Positions 43,210-52,895 of a DNA stretch of 64,000 bases are shown here, one piece after another. The stretch is from Candidatus Omnitrophota bacterium (GTDB taxonomy: Bacteria; Omnitrophota; Gorgyraeia; Gygaellales; Profunditerraquicolaceae), in assembly GCA_030693145.1 (NCBI GenBank), contig JAUYBI010000045.1, forward strand, positions 4,591-68,590. Reading direction: 5' to 3'. Position 1 is the stretch's first letter, and every line of letters begins with the position of its first letter. The translations under genes and the position numbers were made by a program. Under the pieces are notes generated by a model. It had not been told where the DNA came from, made no database searches, and saw nothing but the letters and a program-made list of their open reading frames with translations.

Positions 43210-45240
43210 ATGAAAGTTACCTATAGTTGGTTAAAAAAATTTGTAGACATAATAATTTCTCCTCAGGAATTGGCAGAGAAGCTGACCATGTCCGGGCTGG
43301 AGGTAGTTTCCTTGGAAAAGAGAGGAGAAAATTTTGTTTTGGAGATTGAGATAACCTCGAATCGGCCCGATTGGTTAAGTGTCCTGGGAATTGCCCGGGA
43401 AGTAAGCGCAATTACCGGATCAAAACTTAAAACCATCAATTTTCAAGAACCGAAGATAAAACGCAAAAATCTTCGGCCGCTAAAAATTTCGGTAGCCAAT
43501 AAACAAGACTGTTCATTTTATAGCGCCCGGATAATTTCTGATGTTCGGGTCAGCCCGTCTCCAGAGTGGCTTAAAGACAGGCTGGAGTCTTTAGGCTGCC
43601 GGAGTGTCAATAATATCGTGGATATCACTAACTATTGTTTATTTGAGTTAGGCCAACCGCTGCATGCCTTTGATTTAGATAAATTGAGTCAAAATGAAAT
43701 TAGAGTGCGCCGGGCTAATGCGAATGAAAAGATTATTACTATTGATGGGGCAACCAAGTTATTGGGCCCGGAAATTTTAGTTATTGCCGACGCCCATCAT
43801 CCGATAGCCATCGCCGGGATTATGGGAGGCAAAGAAACCGAAGTTACGTTTAAGACGCGTAACATATTACTGGAATCAGCGGTATTTAATCCCCTGCTCG
43901 TGCGGCTGGCCAAACAGAGATTAGGGTTGCAATCCGAATCAGCCTATCGATTTGAAAGAGGAGTAGATTCAGAAGCGGTCAGGAACGCTTCTTTGGCAGC
44001 GCAGGAATTAATTTTAAAATTAGCTTCAGGCACTCCTTCCGGGTTCAGGAGACTGGGCGTGTCTAAAGTAACTCACCCCGTGATTAATCTGGATGTCGCT
44101 TATTTAAATAAACTTTTGGGTACAGCCATTCCCGTTTTTAAGGTTAAACAAATTTTAAACAGGTTAGGCTTTCATCTAAAAACTAAAAGCAGAAATATTC
44201 TCGCCGTTAAAGTGCCTGGTTTCCGTCAGGATTTAAAGCTGCCGGTAGATTTGGTGGAGGAGGTTGCGCGTATCTATGGTTATGCTCAAATCTCCCCAAC
44301 CCTTCCGGCGGTAAAGCCGGGCCGAAAAGTTTTAGATAAAAGAGATGTCATTGGCAATATAAAAAATATCTTATGGGGTTTAGGTTTAGATGAGGTAATT
44401 ACCTATAGTTTGGTGGATCGTGGCCTGCTTAATAAATCCGGGATTAATACCGATGCGGGGTTAATTGAAATTTTGAATCCTTTAAGCAAGGAGCAGGAGG
44501 TTTTACGTCCCGCGCTTTACCCCAGCCTTATTCGCGCTCTGGCCTATAATTTAGATCAGCAGCAGGAACGGGTAAGTATTTTTGAGGTCGCCAATGTTTT
44601 TTCCGGACGCCTAAATGCTGTCGCAGAAGACTCTTTACTGGGCATAGCTTTATGCGGGGACAGTGCCTTTTTTACCAAGCAGGGACTGGTTAGAGAAGAG
44701 ATTACTCTGCTGCATTTAAAAGGTATTTTAGAGACCCTGTTGAATCGACTTGGGGTTAAGGGTTTTGATTTCCTCCGCCAAGAAGATAATAAAATAAATA
44801 TTATCATTAATCAAAAGCAGGTGGGTTTTATGCTGGATTTAGCTCCGCAAACCTTAGGCGCTTTTGATATTAAGAACCGGCAAGTTGTCCTGGCCCAGGT
44901 TAATTTAGAGCAATTATCCGGCAGTATAAATTTAGAGAAAAAGTTTTTGAATATTCCTAAATATCCGGCAATTACCCGGAATATAAGTTTCGCGATTAAT
45001 GAGGATATCCCGGTGAAGGGGCTGTTGATGGCGGTAGAGGCAAAAGGTGCGCCGCTATTAGCTCAGGCCAAAATCGTAGATTATTATCAGGGTAAGCAAA
45101 TCCCAGTTGGGTTTAAGGGGTTAACCCTATCTTGCATCTACCGGGTGGATGACCGTACGTTGACTGAAGGGGAAATTGCTCCACTGCATCAGGACATTTG
45201 TTCTTTATTGGAAGAGCGCTTTGGCGTAAAACTGCGCTAA
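43210..45240 (+). CDS. pheT: phenylalanyl-tRNA synthetase beta (short form without B2 OB domain)
   Basis: MKVTYSWL, ITSNRPD already at about residue 50, NNIVDITNY, RFERGVD, DLVEEVARIYGY. Confidence 0.94.
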   Translation: MKVTYSWLKKFVDIIISPQELAEKLTMSGLEVVSLEKRGENFVLEIEITSNRPDWLSVLGIAREVSAITGSKLKTINFQEPKIKRKNLRPLKISVANKQDCSFYSARIISDVRVSPSPEWLKDRLESLGCRSVNNIVDITNYCLFELGQPLHAFDLDKLSQNEIRVRRANANEKIITIDGATKLLGPEILVIADAHHPIAIAGIMGGKETEVTFKTRNILLESAVFNPLLVRLAKQRLGLQSESAYRFERGVDSEAVRNASLAAQELILKLASGTPSGFRRLGVSKVTHPVINLDVAYLNKLLGTAIPVFKVKQILNRLGFHLKTKSRNILAVKVPGFRQDLKLPVDLVEEVARIYGYAQISPTLPAVKPGRKVLDKRDVIGNIKNILWGLGLDEVITYSLVDRGLLNKSGINTDAGLIEILNPLSKEQEVLRPALYPSLIRALAYNLDQQQERVSIFEVANVFSGRLNAVAEDSLLGIALCGDSAFFTKQGLVREEITLLHLKGILETLLNRLGVKGFDFLRQEDNKINIIINQKQVGFMLDLAPQTLGAFDIKNRQVVLAQVNLEQLSGSINLEKKFLNIPKYPAITRNISFAINEDIPVKGLLMAVEAKGAPLLAQAKIVDYYQGKQIPVGFKGLTLSCIYRVDDRTLTEGEIAPLHQDICSLLEERFGVKLR

Positions 45241-45277
45241 GATTGATTCCGTTATAAATATGTGCTATACTTTTTTT

Positions 45278-45463
45278 GGAATCAAAGAGCTCTTTAAAGA
45301 TATCCCTGCGGTGCGCGTTGGAAATTTGATAATTGTTGAACCAACACCATATTCACGGGAGCCCCATTATTCTTTAGGCACTTGTGCCCAAAGATAGGGC
45401 ACCCATCTGAAACCAAATCGGTTCAGACTATCAGTCCAACGGCACTCTTGCGGGGATTTTTTT
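45278..45463 (+). ncRNA. ssrS: 6S RNA
   Basis: ATCCCTGCGGTGCGCGTTGG pairs with CCAACGGCAC...GCGGGGAT; TGAACC/GGTTCA, GGGAGCC and GGCACCCA motifs; TTGATT-N17-TATACT promoter at 45243-45271; follows pheT; ends approximate. Confidence 0.85.
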
Positions 45464-45513
45464 ATCCGCCACAATACTTTGGCGGATAATCCGCCATGCT
45501 TTGTGGCGGATAA
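45462..45513. repeat. two ATCCGCC...GGCGGAT hairpins
   Basis: ATCCGCC-ACAATACTTT-GGCGGAT and ATCCGCC-ATGCTTTGT-GGCGGAT. Confidence 0.75.
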
Positions 45514-45525
45514 CCCATCAATCGT

Positions 45526-45720
45526 ATGGACCTATTCACTCAAGAATCCCGGATTTCTGATAAAAACCTTCCTTTAGCAGTACGCCTGCGGCCAACCACG
45601 CTTGATCAGCTATTTGGCCAGGAGCATATCTTAGGTAAAAATAAATTACTACGCCGCGCCTCCTCTGCCCCGGGTAAAAAAACCTGTGGGGATATACGAG
45701 AAAAGGATAAGTTAAAATGA
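45526..45720 (+). pseudogene. rarA: RarA/MgsA N-terminal remnant
   Basis: MDLF...PLAVRLRPTTLDQLFGQEHILG...LLRRA, then similarity stops before the Walker A motif. Confidence 0.8.
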
Positions 45721-46487
45721 TTTTCATTTTGCAAATATTAGTAGCCTTGGGCGCGGGTGTAGTTATCTATGCTGTTTTTGAGTTATTTGCATCCGGTAAG
45801 CCTGAAGCTCCGGCAAAGCAAAAAATCCAGGAACAGCCATTTCCTGCGGCAGATCCTGGTAAAGAGCAAAAAATTCAGCGTTTACAAAGCCAGGTCGCCA
45901 AGTTAGAAAACCAGTTAGAGGCGGCCAAGGTTGTCTCCGTAGGGAAAAAATCCGAATTCCTGGCAGTTAAAGAAAAAGAGGCGGAATTTTCTATAGAGTT
46001 AAAGCGTAGAGAAGAATGGGTGGCTAAAGCGGAGGTAGAGCTAGCCAAGATCAAAGCAGAAAATTTAGATTTAAATAATAAGTTTATTACTAAGGAAAAT
46101 GAGTTGCAGGGGGAGTTTACCAAAAATGTAAATTTAACCCGTCAGATGCAGGAAATAAAAGCCGCCTTGGAAGCAAAAGAGATGGCCTGCCGGCTTAAAG
46201 AAGATCAGTTGCAGGCGCAGAAACATCAAATCGCCAGCCAGTTTAAAAGCATTAATGAACATTTAGCGGTGATTGCCGAGTTTAATCGTAAAGAAAAAAT
46301 CAGCGAGTGGGTGCCCAAATTAGAGTTTAATAAATTAAATGAAGAGTACACAAAATTAGAGAAAGATTTAGAAGCCAGTCAAGAAAGATTAAAAAGTTTT
46401 GCCGTTGAGATTGCGCATTTGCGCCAAAAGGTTGATAAGAAAGCCCCGCTGGCAGAAGAGATTAAGGCTGTAGAAGAGCAAAAATAA
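45717..46487 (+). CDS. N-terminally anchored coiled-coil protein
   Basis: Hydrophobic N-terminus followed by E/K/Q-rich heptads. Confidence 0.75.
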   Translation: MIFILQILVALGAGVVIYAVFELFASGKPEAPAKQKIQEQPFPAADPGKEQKIQRLQSQVAKLENQLEAAKVVSVGKKSEFLAVKEKEAEFSIELKRREEWVAKAEVELAKIKAENLDLNNKFITKENELQGEFTKNVNLTRQMQEIKAALEAKEMACRLKEDQLQAQKHQIASQFKSINEHLAVIAEFNRKEKISEWVPKLEFNKLNEEYTKLEKDLEASQERLKSFAVEIAHLRQKVDKKAPLAEEIKAVEEQK

Positions 46488-46496
46488 AAGTTAATT

Positions 46497-46556
46497 ACAG
46501 TAGGGGAGGTTTAAACCTCCCCTACTGTTAAAGTAAACAAGGTTTATTACATTGTC
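46497..46556 (-). mobile_element. GTAG palindrome (copy 5, 46500-46525) with an inverted MITE left arm
   Basis: Reverse complement GACAATGTAATAAACCTTGTTTACTTTAACAGTAGGGGAGG... Confidence 0.8.
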
Positions 46557-46572
46557 AAAGAAAGGAAAAATA

Positions 46573-47130
46573 ATGACTATGAAAATGAAAATATTTATGG
46601 CATTATTAGTATTCAGTTTAACCTTTTTTTACGGAGGGATTTTCGCGATGAATGAAACAATTGTGGTTCTAGAAACCAATCAAGGTAATATCGAGATTAA
46701 GCTGAAAGAAGATATTGCACCTCAGGCCTGTGAGAATTTTATCAAACTAATAGAGAAGGGTTATTACAATGGTTTGATTTTTCACCGGGTGATTAAGGGT
46801 TTTATGCTCCAGGGAGGAGACCCTGCGGGAACCGGAACAGGGGGTACGTCGATTTGGGGTAAGCCTTTTGAAGATGAAGTAACCCCGGTAGCTAAGTTTG
46901 ATGCCGCGGGTATTTTGGCGATGGCCAATAGCGGGCCGAATACCAATGGCAGCCAGTTTTTTATTACCTGCGCTAAAACACCTTGGTTAAATATGCGCCA
47001 CACTATTTTTGGCGAGGTTGTTTCTGGCTTAGAAGTAGTGCAAAAAATCGAAAATACTCCGGTGGATGCTGATGACCGGCCGGTTGTCCAACAGAAGATC
47101 AACCGAGCGTATATAAAACCTAACGCTTAA
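46573..47130 (+). CDS. cyclophilin-type peptidyl-prolyl isomerase, probably exported
   Basis: FHRVIKGFMLQGGDP, AMANSGPNTNGSQFFIT, HTIFG; signal-like N-terminus; start uncertain. Confidence 0.92.
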   Translation: MTMKMKIFMALLVFSLTFFYGGIFAMNETIVVLETNQGNIEIKLKEDIAPQACENFIKLIEKGYYNGLIFHRVIKGFMLQGGDPAGTGTGGTSIWGKPFEDEVTPVAKFDAAGILAMANSGPNTNGSQFFITCAKTPWLNMRHTIFGEVVSGLEVVQKIENTPVDADDRPVVQQKINRAYIKPNA

Positions 47131-47159
47131 AATATCCCGACAAAAAGATATGAATCTCA

Positions 47160-47191
47160 ACAGTAGGGGAGGTTTAAACCTCCCCTACTGT
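47160..47191. repeat. GTAG palindrome (copy 6)
   Basis: ACAGTAGGGGAGGTTTAAACCTCCCCTACTGT. Confidence 0.9.
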
Positions 47192-47218
47192 AATTGATAA
47201 TTAATAAAATAATTACTC

Positions 47219-49249
47219 ATGGAAAAAATAAATTATCGCCGGGAATTAAATCCCGCGCAGCTTAAAGCCGTAGAGTCTATCCACGGCCCGCATCTGGTTA
47301 TCGCCGGGGCCGGGAGTGGTAAGACGCGGGTTTTAGTGCATCGGGTTGCCTATCTGGTGGAACAAGGTATAGCTCCGGAGCAGATTCTCCTGCTTACTTT
47401 TACGCGTCGTTCAGCCGAGGAGATGCTGCGCCGGGCCAGCCTCCTGTTGGATGAGCGCTGCCGGAATGTTTCCGGAGGCACTTTTCATTCCTTTGCCAAT
47501 ATGATCTTAAGAAAATACGCCAAGCTTTTAGAGATTAACAATAACTTTACTATTCTTGATCAGGCGGATGCCGAGGATGTGGTAAATTTAATACGCACGC
47601 AGTTAAATTTTCATAAATCTAAAAAAACGTTTCCGCGTAAACATGCTATTTTAGAGGTAATCTCTAAAAGTGTGAATAAATCCGAAGAGATCTCCGGGGT
47701 GCTGCTGGATGAATATCCGCAGTTTATTGAATTTGCCGAAGAGATTAAAAAAATACGCGATGCCTATAACAAATATAAACGCCAAAAATCGCTCCTGGAT
47801 TATGATGACCTGTTAGTTTTTCTAAAAAATCTGCTCGCCAAGCATGAAGCTGTGCGCGCCAGCCTCGGCGCTAAATACAAATACATTATGGTTGATGAGT
47901 ATCAGGATACCAATAAGCTTCAGGCGCACATTGCCTGCCTGCTGGCCGCGGATCATGCCAACATCATGGTGGTGGGCGATGATGCCCAAAGCATCTATTC
48001 TTTTCGGGGGGCAAATTTTAAAAACATCATTGATTTTCCCAAGATATTTAAAGGCGCCAAGGTTATTACGCTGGAAGAGAATTACCGTTCTACTCAACCG
48101 ATCCTGAATTTGACGAATGCGGTTATCGCGCAAGCCAAAGAAAAATTCGAGAAGAATCTTTATACCCGGAAGAAGGGGGGAGACATCCCGGTTTTTATCG
48201 ATTGCCCGGATGAAAATTCGCAATCCGTTTTTGTGGCCGAAAAAATCCTGGAATTAAGAGAAGAGGGGGTAGTTTTAAAAGATATGGCCGTGCTTTTTCG
48301 TTCCGGATGGCACTCCAATGATTTAGAGGTGGAGTTAGCCGGCCGGAATATTCCTTTTGCCAAATACGGCGGGCAAAAATTTGTGGAAGCCGCGCACATC
48401 AAAGACCTGGTGAGCTATTTACGCATTGCCTACAATGTGCTTGATCAGGTCAGCTGGTTGCGCGCTCTGGAATTGATTCCCAGGATCGGCCCTAAAACCG
48501 CGGCTAAAATTATCGAGGCAATTCCAGATCAGGCCAAATTAGAGCAGTTGTGGCAGAAGAACGATGAACTTAAAGAACTGTTTGCATTATTGAAAAACAT
48601 AGACCTCAAGCGTGACAGCCCCGCGGAGATCATCGCCAGGTTCCTGGGTTATTATCAGCCATTATTAAAGATCAAATATGATGATTTTAACAAGCGTTTA
48701 AATGACCTGGATTCACTGTTAAGAATCGCCCAGCGCTATAAAACAACCGAGCAATTTTTAGTGGATATGGCTTTGGAACCTCCGGAAAGGATGCTGGTTG
48801 AGCCGGCCAGGCTAAATAAAGATGATACTCCGCTTACCCTCTCCACGATACATTCGGCCAAGGGGTTGGAATGGCATACGGTATTTTTAATCTATGTTGC
48901 CGAGGGGCACCTGCCTTCCTATTTATCTTTAGAGACAGAGGAAAAAATTGAAGAGGAGCGCCGCCTGTTTTATGTTGCCGCTACCCGGGCTAAAGTAAAT
49001 TTATTTTTATTAAAACCGCATATTGATCGTTCTCCCCGGAGTTTTATGGACGGTGGCGGCTCAGTGTTTACCCAGGTTTCCCGTTTCCTGGAGCAGGGTG
49101 GCTTGCTCGGGGAGTTTGTAGATGTACAGAGCGCCGGTATTCCGGATGAACTGGATGATTTAGAATTAGAAGATATTATTGGGGGAAAAAGAAATAAGAG
49201 TAAGGTATTTTTTGAAACCATGGAGGAGTATTTCCGGGATGAGAAATAG
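47219..49249 (+). CDS. UvrD/PcrA-like SF1A helicase
   Basis: AGAGSGKT, VDEYQD, VGDDAQSIYSFRG, ENYRS, TIHSAKGLE, EERRLFYVAATRA. Confidence 0.93.
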   Translation: MEKINYRRELNPAQLKAVESIHGPHLVIAGAGSGKTRVLVHRVAYLVEQGIAPEQILLLTFTRRSAEEMLRRASLLLDERCRNVSGGTFHSFANMILRKYAKLLEINNNFTILDQADAEDVVNLIRTQLNFHKSKKTFPRKHAILEVISKSVNKSEEISGVLLDEYPQFIEFAEEIKKIRDAYNKYKRQKSLLDYDDLLVFLKNLLAKHEAVRASLGAKYKYIMVDEYQDTNKLQAHIACLLAADHANIMVVGDDAQSIYSFRGANFKNIIDFPKIFKGAKVITLEENYRSTQPILNLTNAVIAQAKEKFEKNLYTRKKGGDIPVFIDCPDENSQSVFVAEKILELREEGVVLKDMAVLFRSGWHSNDLEVELAGRNIPFAKYGGQKFVEAAHIKDLVSYLRIAYNVLDQVSWLRALELIPRIGPKTAAKIIEAIPDQAKLEQLWQKNDELKELFALLKNIDLKRDSPAEIIARFLGYYQPLLKIKYDDFNKRLNDLDSLLRIAQRYKTTEQFLVDMALEPPERMLVEPARLNKDDTPLTLSTIHSAKGLEWHTVFLIYVAEGHLPSYLSLETEEKIEEERRLFYVAATRAKVNLFLLKPHIDRSPRSFMDGGGSVFTQVSRFLEQGGLLGEFVDVQSAGIPDELDDLELEDIIGGKRNKSKVFFETMEEYFRDEK

Positions 49250-49266
49250 TCAAACTAGGTAAAACT

Positions 49267-49348
49267 AGGGGACGGTTCTGTTTTTCTTTCAACAGTAGGA
49301 GAGGTTTAAACCTCTCCTACTCTAATGAAAAAAACAGAACCGTCCTCT
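49267..49348. repeat. GGGGACGGTTCT inverted-repeat shell enclosing a GTAG palindrome variant (copy 7, 49295-49320)
   Basis: AGGGGACGGTTCTGTTTTT...GTAGGAGAGGTTTAAACCTCTCCTAC...AAAAACAGAACCGTCCTCT. Confidence 0.85.
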
Positions 49349-49405
49349 TGAAAACCTCTTCTTTTTACCTTGAGCTGGGAATAAAAGTATGTTAAAATTT
49401 CTAAT

Positions 49406-50056
49406 ATGATTATCAGCCAGCAAAAGCCCCTGGAGGATGTGTTACTCAGCCTTGCAGGGTATAACAAAATATTCTTAATGGGTTGTGGTGAGTGCGCAAC
49501 TGCTTGTAAGAGCGGGGGCCAGCCGGAGATTGCAAAAATACAACAGGCGCTGGAGGCGGCGGGTAAAGTGATTACCGGTTCATGCATTCCGTCTGCGCCT
49601 TGCGTAGCCGCGAAACTTAAAACGGAGCTAGCCAAAAATATAAAGGCTTTACGCCAATCAGAGGCAGCTTTGATTTTGGCCTGCGGTTTAGGGGTGCAGT
49701 CATTTAAAGATAATGACCGCCTGGATTTAGCGGTTTTGCCTGCTTGCGATACCCTATTTGGCGCGGTGATGGACGCGCAAGGTAATTTCTATGAAAAATG
49801 TTCTATGTGCGGAGAATGTGTTTTGGATGCTACCGCGGGGATCTGTCCGTTAACCCTTTGTCCTAAGAGCCTGCTTAATGGCCCTTGCGGCGGAGTGAGC
49901 CAAGGTAAATGTGAAGTAGACAACCAGAAGGATTGCGCCTGGATTTTAATCTATAAGGAATTAGATAAAAAGAAAAAATTAGCATCATTAAAAGAAATTC
50001 GCAAACCTAAAGATTTTAAGAAATCAGCCAGGCCGCATAAATTGATTATAACCTAA
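49406..50056 (+). CDS. methylene-THF reductase C-terminal-like (MetV) Fe-S/Zn protein
   Basis: GCGECATAC, ACGLGVQ, CSMCGEC...CP...CPKSLLNGPCGG...CEV...CAW. Confidence 0.85.
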   Translation: MIISQQKPLEDVLLSLAGYNKIFLMGCGECATACKSGGQPEIAKIQQALEAAGKVITGSCIPSAPCVAAKLKTELAKNIKALRQSEAALILACGLGVQSFKDNDRLDLAVLPACDTLFGAVMDAQGNFYEKCSMCGECVLDATAGICPLTLCPKSLLNGPCGGVSQGKCEVDNQKDCAWILIYKELDKKKKLASLKEIRKPKDFKKSARPHKLIIT

Positions 50057-50057
50057 T

Positions 50058-50495
50058 ATGGCAGAACAGTTTCCTTATAGCGAAAAAGTCATGGACCATT
50101 TTATGAATCCCCGCAATGTCGGGGAGATTCCCGACGCCAGTGGTATCGGCACGGTGGGTAATCCTGTTTGTGGGGATGTAATGAAGATGTATTTAAAAAT
50201 AGAAAATGAAATAATTGTAGATGCAAAATTTAAAACCTTTGGCTGTGGTGCTGCCGTCGCCACCAGTTCTATGGTCACGGAGATGGTTAAAGGGAAAAGT
50301 ATTTCCGAAGCATTAACAATTACTAACAAAACAGTAGCGCAAGCATTGGGAGGGCTGCCCGCGATTAAAATGCATTGTTCGGTTTTAGCGGAGGAGGCCT
50401 TGCGTTCCGCGTTAAAAGATTATTATAAAAAGCAGGGTAAAGAAACTCCATTTGAAGATAAGGGCCATACCCATGAAGGGGAGAGTTGTTTATAG
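50058..50495 (+). CDS. iscU: Fe-S scaffold IscU/NifU
   Basis: YSEKVMDHF, GNPVCGD, FGCGAA, KMHCS. Confidence 0.94.
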   Translation: MAEQFPYSEKVMDHFMNPRNVGEIPDASGIGTVGNPVCGDVMKMYLKIENEIIVDAKFKTFGCGAAVATSSMVTEMVKGKSISEALTITNKTVAQALGGLPAIKMHCSVLAEEALRSALKDYYKKQGKETPFEDKGHTHEGESCL

Positions 50496-50561
50496 GCTGG
50501 TTATGTTGACCGGGCAGCTTTTTATATTAAAGAGAGTAAAAGTATTGATAGACTAAAGGAT

Positions 50562-51164
50562 ATGGATAAAGATGTGCATAAAATAAAAGGTGCGGGGTCA
50601 ATGGTGAGCAAAGTCGAACCATTGACAAAAGCTCAAATACGTAGTAAAATTCTTTTAAGATTAAAAACACAGAAGGAGGAAGACCGAAGCCGAAAAAGTA
50701 AGCTGATTACAGATAAACTTTTAAGGAATAAGGTTTTTAAAAAGGCCAAGATAGTGATGTTTTACATCGCTTTTGGTGGGGAAGTAGATACTGAAGAAAT
50801 GATTAGGGAAGCTAAAAAAATAGGCAAGCTTATATGCGTGCCAGTTTGCAGAAAAGATAAAGAGACTATGCAGCCAGCCATATTAGAAGATCACGCTAAA
50901 TTGAAAAAAGGCCCCTATGGTGTCTTAGAGCCTGTGGCGCTCACTCAGGTTAAACCAGAGGACCTGGATCTTATTATTGTTCCCGGCCTAGCTTTTGATA
51001 AAAAGGGTAATCGTCTGGGCCGCGGTAAAGGTTGCTACGATCGTTTCTTATGTACGCTTTCTGAAGACACACCTTCCATAGGTTTGGCTTTTGATTTCCA
51101 AATCTTACCCCTAGTCCCCACCACCTGCTATGATGTAAGCGTCAAGAAAATTATCTTTTCCTAG
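50562..51164 (+). CDS. ygfA: 5-formyltetrahydrofolate cyclo-ligase
   Basis: IVPGLAFD..GNRLGRGKGCYDRFL; start uncertain. Confidence 0.92.
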   Translation: MDKDVHKIKGAGSMVSKVEPLTKAQIRSKILLRLKTQKEEDRSRKSKLITDKLLRNKVFKKAKIVMFYIAFGGEVDTEEMIREAKKIGKLICVPVCRKDKETMQPAILEDHAKLKKGPYGVLEPVALTQVKPEDLDLIIVPGLAFDKKGNRLGRGKGCYDRFLCTLSEDTPSIGLAFDFQILPLVPTTCYDVSVKKIIFS

Positions 51165-51202
51165 AACTCCTAAAAAAGCTTAAAACTAAGTAAAGTAATG
51201 TT

Positions 51203-51260
51203 TCCCCCTCGCGGGAGCTCGGGGTCATTTTTCCCCAAGCGCCGGAGGCTGGGGAAAAAT
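51203..51260 (+). repeat. third identical copy of the 58-bp double-hairpin element
   Basis: Identical to 38201-38258; abuts the rny SD. Confidence 0.92.
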
Positions 51261-51275
51261 GAGGGAGGAAGAGAA

Positions 51276-52832
51276 ATGATTTTTAACATAGTGGTGCCCA
51301 TCTTTGTTGCCCTGGTCGCCGCATATTGCGGCTATTTCCTAAGAAAGTATATCGCAGAGAAAAGAGTAAAAAGTGCCGAACTGCAAGCTGAGCATATCCT
51401 GGAGGTAGCCAAAAAAGATGTTTTGGATAAGCGCCGGGAAGCAGAGTTAGAAGCCAAGGATCTTTTGTATCGTATGCGCCAGGATTTTGAGCGCGAGATT
51501 AAAGATCGCAGGCTGGAGATTGTTAATCTTGAAAGAAGATTAACCCAGAAAGAAGAAAATATCGACCGCCGGATCGATCTGGTTGAGAAAAAAGAAAAAG
51601 AGACCGAGGTGCGCAATGATAATCTTAAGAAGCAGGAAGAATCTTTAAAGTCAAAAGAGAACCAATTGCAGGCTTTGATTGCCGAAGAAAAAGAGCGCCT
51701 GCAGAAGATTTCCTCTTTATCCGCGGAAGAAGCAAAGCAAATTCTTCTGGGCCGTTTGAATGAAGAATTAAATAATGAAAAGGCGGTATTTATTCGGCGC
51801 CAAGAAGAAGAGGTGCGCAGTATCGCGGATAAGAAGGCCCGCGAAATTTTAAGTTTAGCTATTCAACGCTGCGCAGCAGAGCATACCGTAGAATCAACTG
51901 TCAGCGTGGTGACCTTGCCTAATGATGAGATGAAGGGCCGGATCATCGGCCGGGAAGGAAGAAATATCCGGGCATTAGAGATGGCCACCGGGGTAGATGT
52001 GATTATTGATGATACGCCCGGAGCGGTTACTTTGTCCGGGTTTGATGCTGTGCGGCGGGAGATTGCCCGCCTGAGTTTAGAGAAACTTATTTCTGATGGA
52101 AGAATTCATCCCGGACGGATTGAAGAAATTGTGGAAAAGACCAAGAAAGAAATGGATGAGAAGATCCGCGAGGAGGGGGAGCGAGCTGCTTTTGAGGCAG
52201 GGGTTAATGGCTTGCATCCGGAGATAATCAAGCTTTTAGGCCGGCTTAAGTATCGCACCAGCTATGGCCAGAATGCTTTGCAACATTCCAAAGAAGTTTC
52301 TTTTTTATTGGGAATTATGGCTTCAGAGTTAGGCCTGGATTTTAAGCTTGGCCGGAGAATCGGGCTCCTGCATGATATTGGTAAAGCCGTGGATCATCAG
52401 GTCGAAGGTACGCATGCTAAACTGGGTGCGGATTTGGCTAAGAAATATAATGAAAGCGCTGAGGTGGTCGCTGCGGTTGAATCGCATCATGAAGAGTCGC
52501 CTGCGCAGAGTATGTACGCGGTTTTAGCCATTGCTGCTGATGCGGTGAGCGCCGCCCGCCCCGGGGCCAGAAGGGAAACACTGGAGATATATGTTAAGCG
52601 CTTGGATAAACTGGAATCTATTGCTAATCTTTTTAAGGGAGTAGAAAAATCTTTTGCCATTCAGGCCGGTCGAGAGATCCGGGTAATTGTGCAGCCGGAG
52701 AAAATAAACGATTCTGAAGCAGTGACCATGTGCAGGGATATACGTAAGAAGATTGAAGAGGGGATGGAGTATCCCGGACAGATCAAGGTTACAGTCATCC
52801 GTGAGATGCGTACGATTGAGTATGCTAAGTAA
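51276..52832 (+). CDS. rny: ribonuclease Y
   Basis: TM helix, coiled coil, [15 protein letters not shown] domain, LLHDIGK HD domain; ATG 51276 after GGAGG. Confidence 0.96.
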   Translation: MIFNIVVPIFVALVAAYCGYFLRKYIAEKRVKSAELQAEHILEVAKKDVLDKRREAELEAKDLLYRMRQDFEREIKDRRLEIVNLERRLTQKEENIDRRIDLVEKKEKETEVRNDNLKKQEESLKSKENQLQALIAEEKERLQKISSLSAEEAKQILLGRLNEELNNEKAVFIRRQEEEVRSIADKKAREILSLAIQRCAAEHTVESTVSVVTLPNDEMKGRIIGREGRNIRALEMATGVDVIIDDTPGAVTLSGFDAVRREIARLSLEKLISDGRIHPGRIEEIVEKTKKEMDEKIREEGERAAFEAGVNGLHPEIIKLLGRLKYRTSYGQNALQHSKEVSFLLGIMASELGLDFKLGRRIGLLHDIGKAVDHQVEGTHAKLGADLAKKYNESAEVVAAVESHHEESPAQSMYAVLAIAADAVSAARPGARRETLEIYVKRLDKLESIANLFKGVEKSFAIQAGREIRVIVQPEKINDSEAVTMCRDIRKKIEEGMEYPGQIKVTVIREMRTIEYAK

Positions 52833-52856
52833 ATTCCCGCTTGCGCGGGAATGACG
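52833..52856. repeat. CGTCATT-type (dRS3-like) palindrome
   Basis: ATTCCCGCTTGCGCGGGAATGACG immediately after the rny stop. Confidence 0.7.
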
Positions 52857-52895
52857 AATATAAGCATAGGTATCTTTAAATATACGAGGTCAACT

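Noticed and set aside
51198-51275. N-terminal extension of RNase Y in the ORF track
   Set aside because: It is encoded by the 58-bp repeat; the SD and TM helix support ATG 51276.
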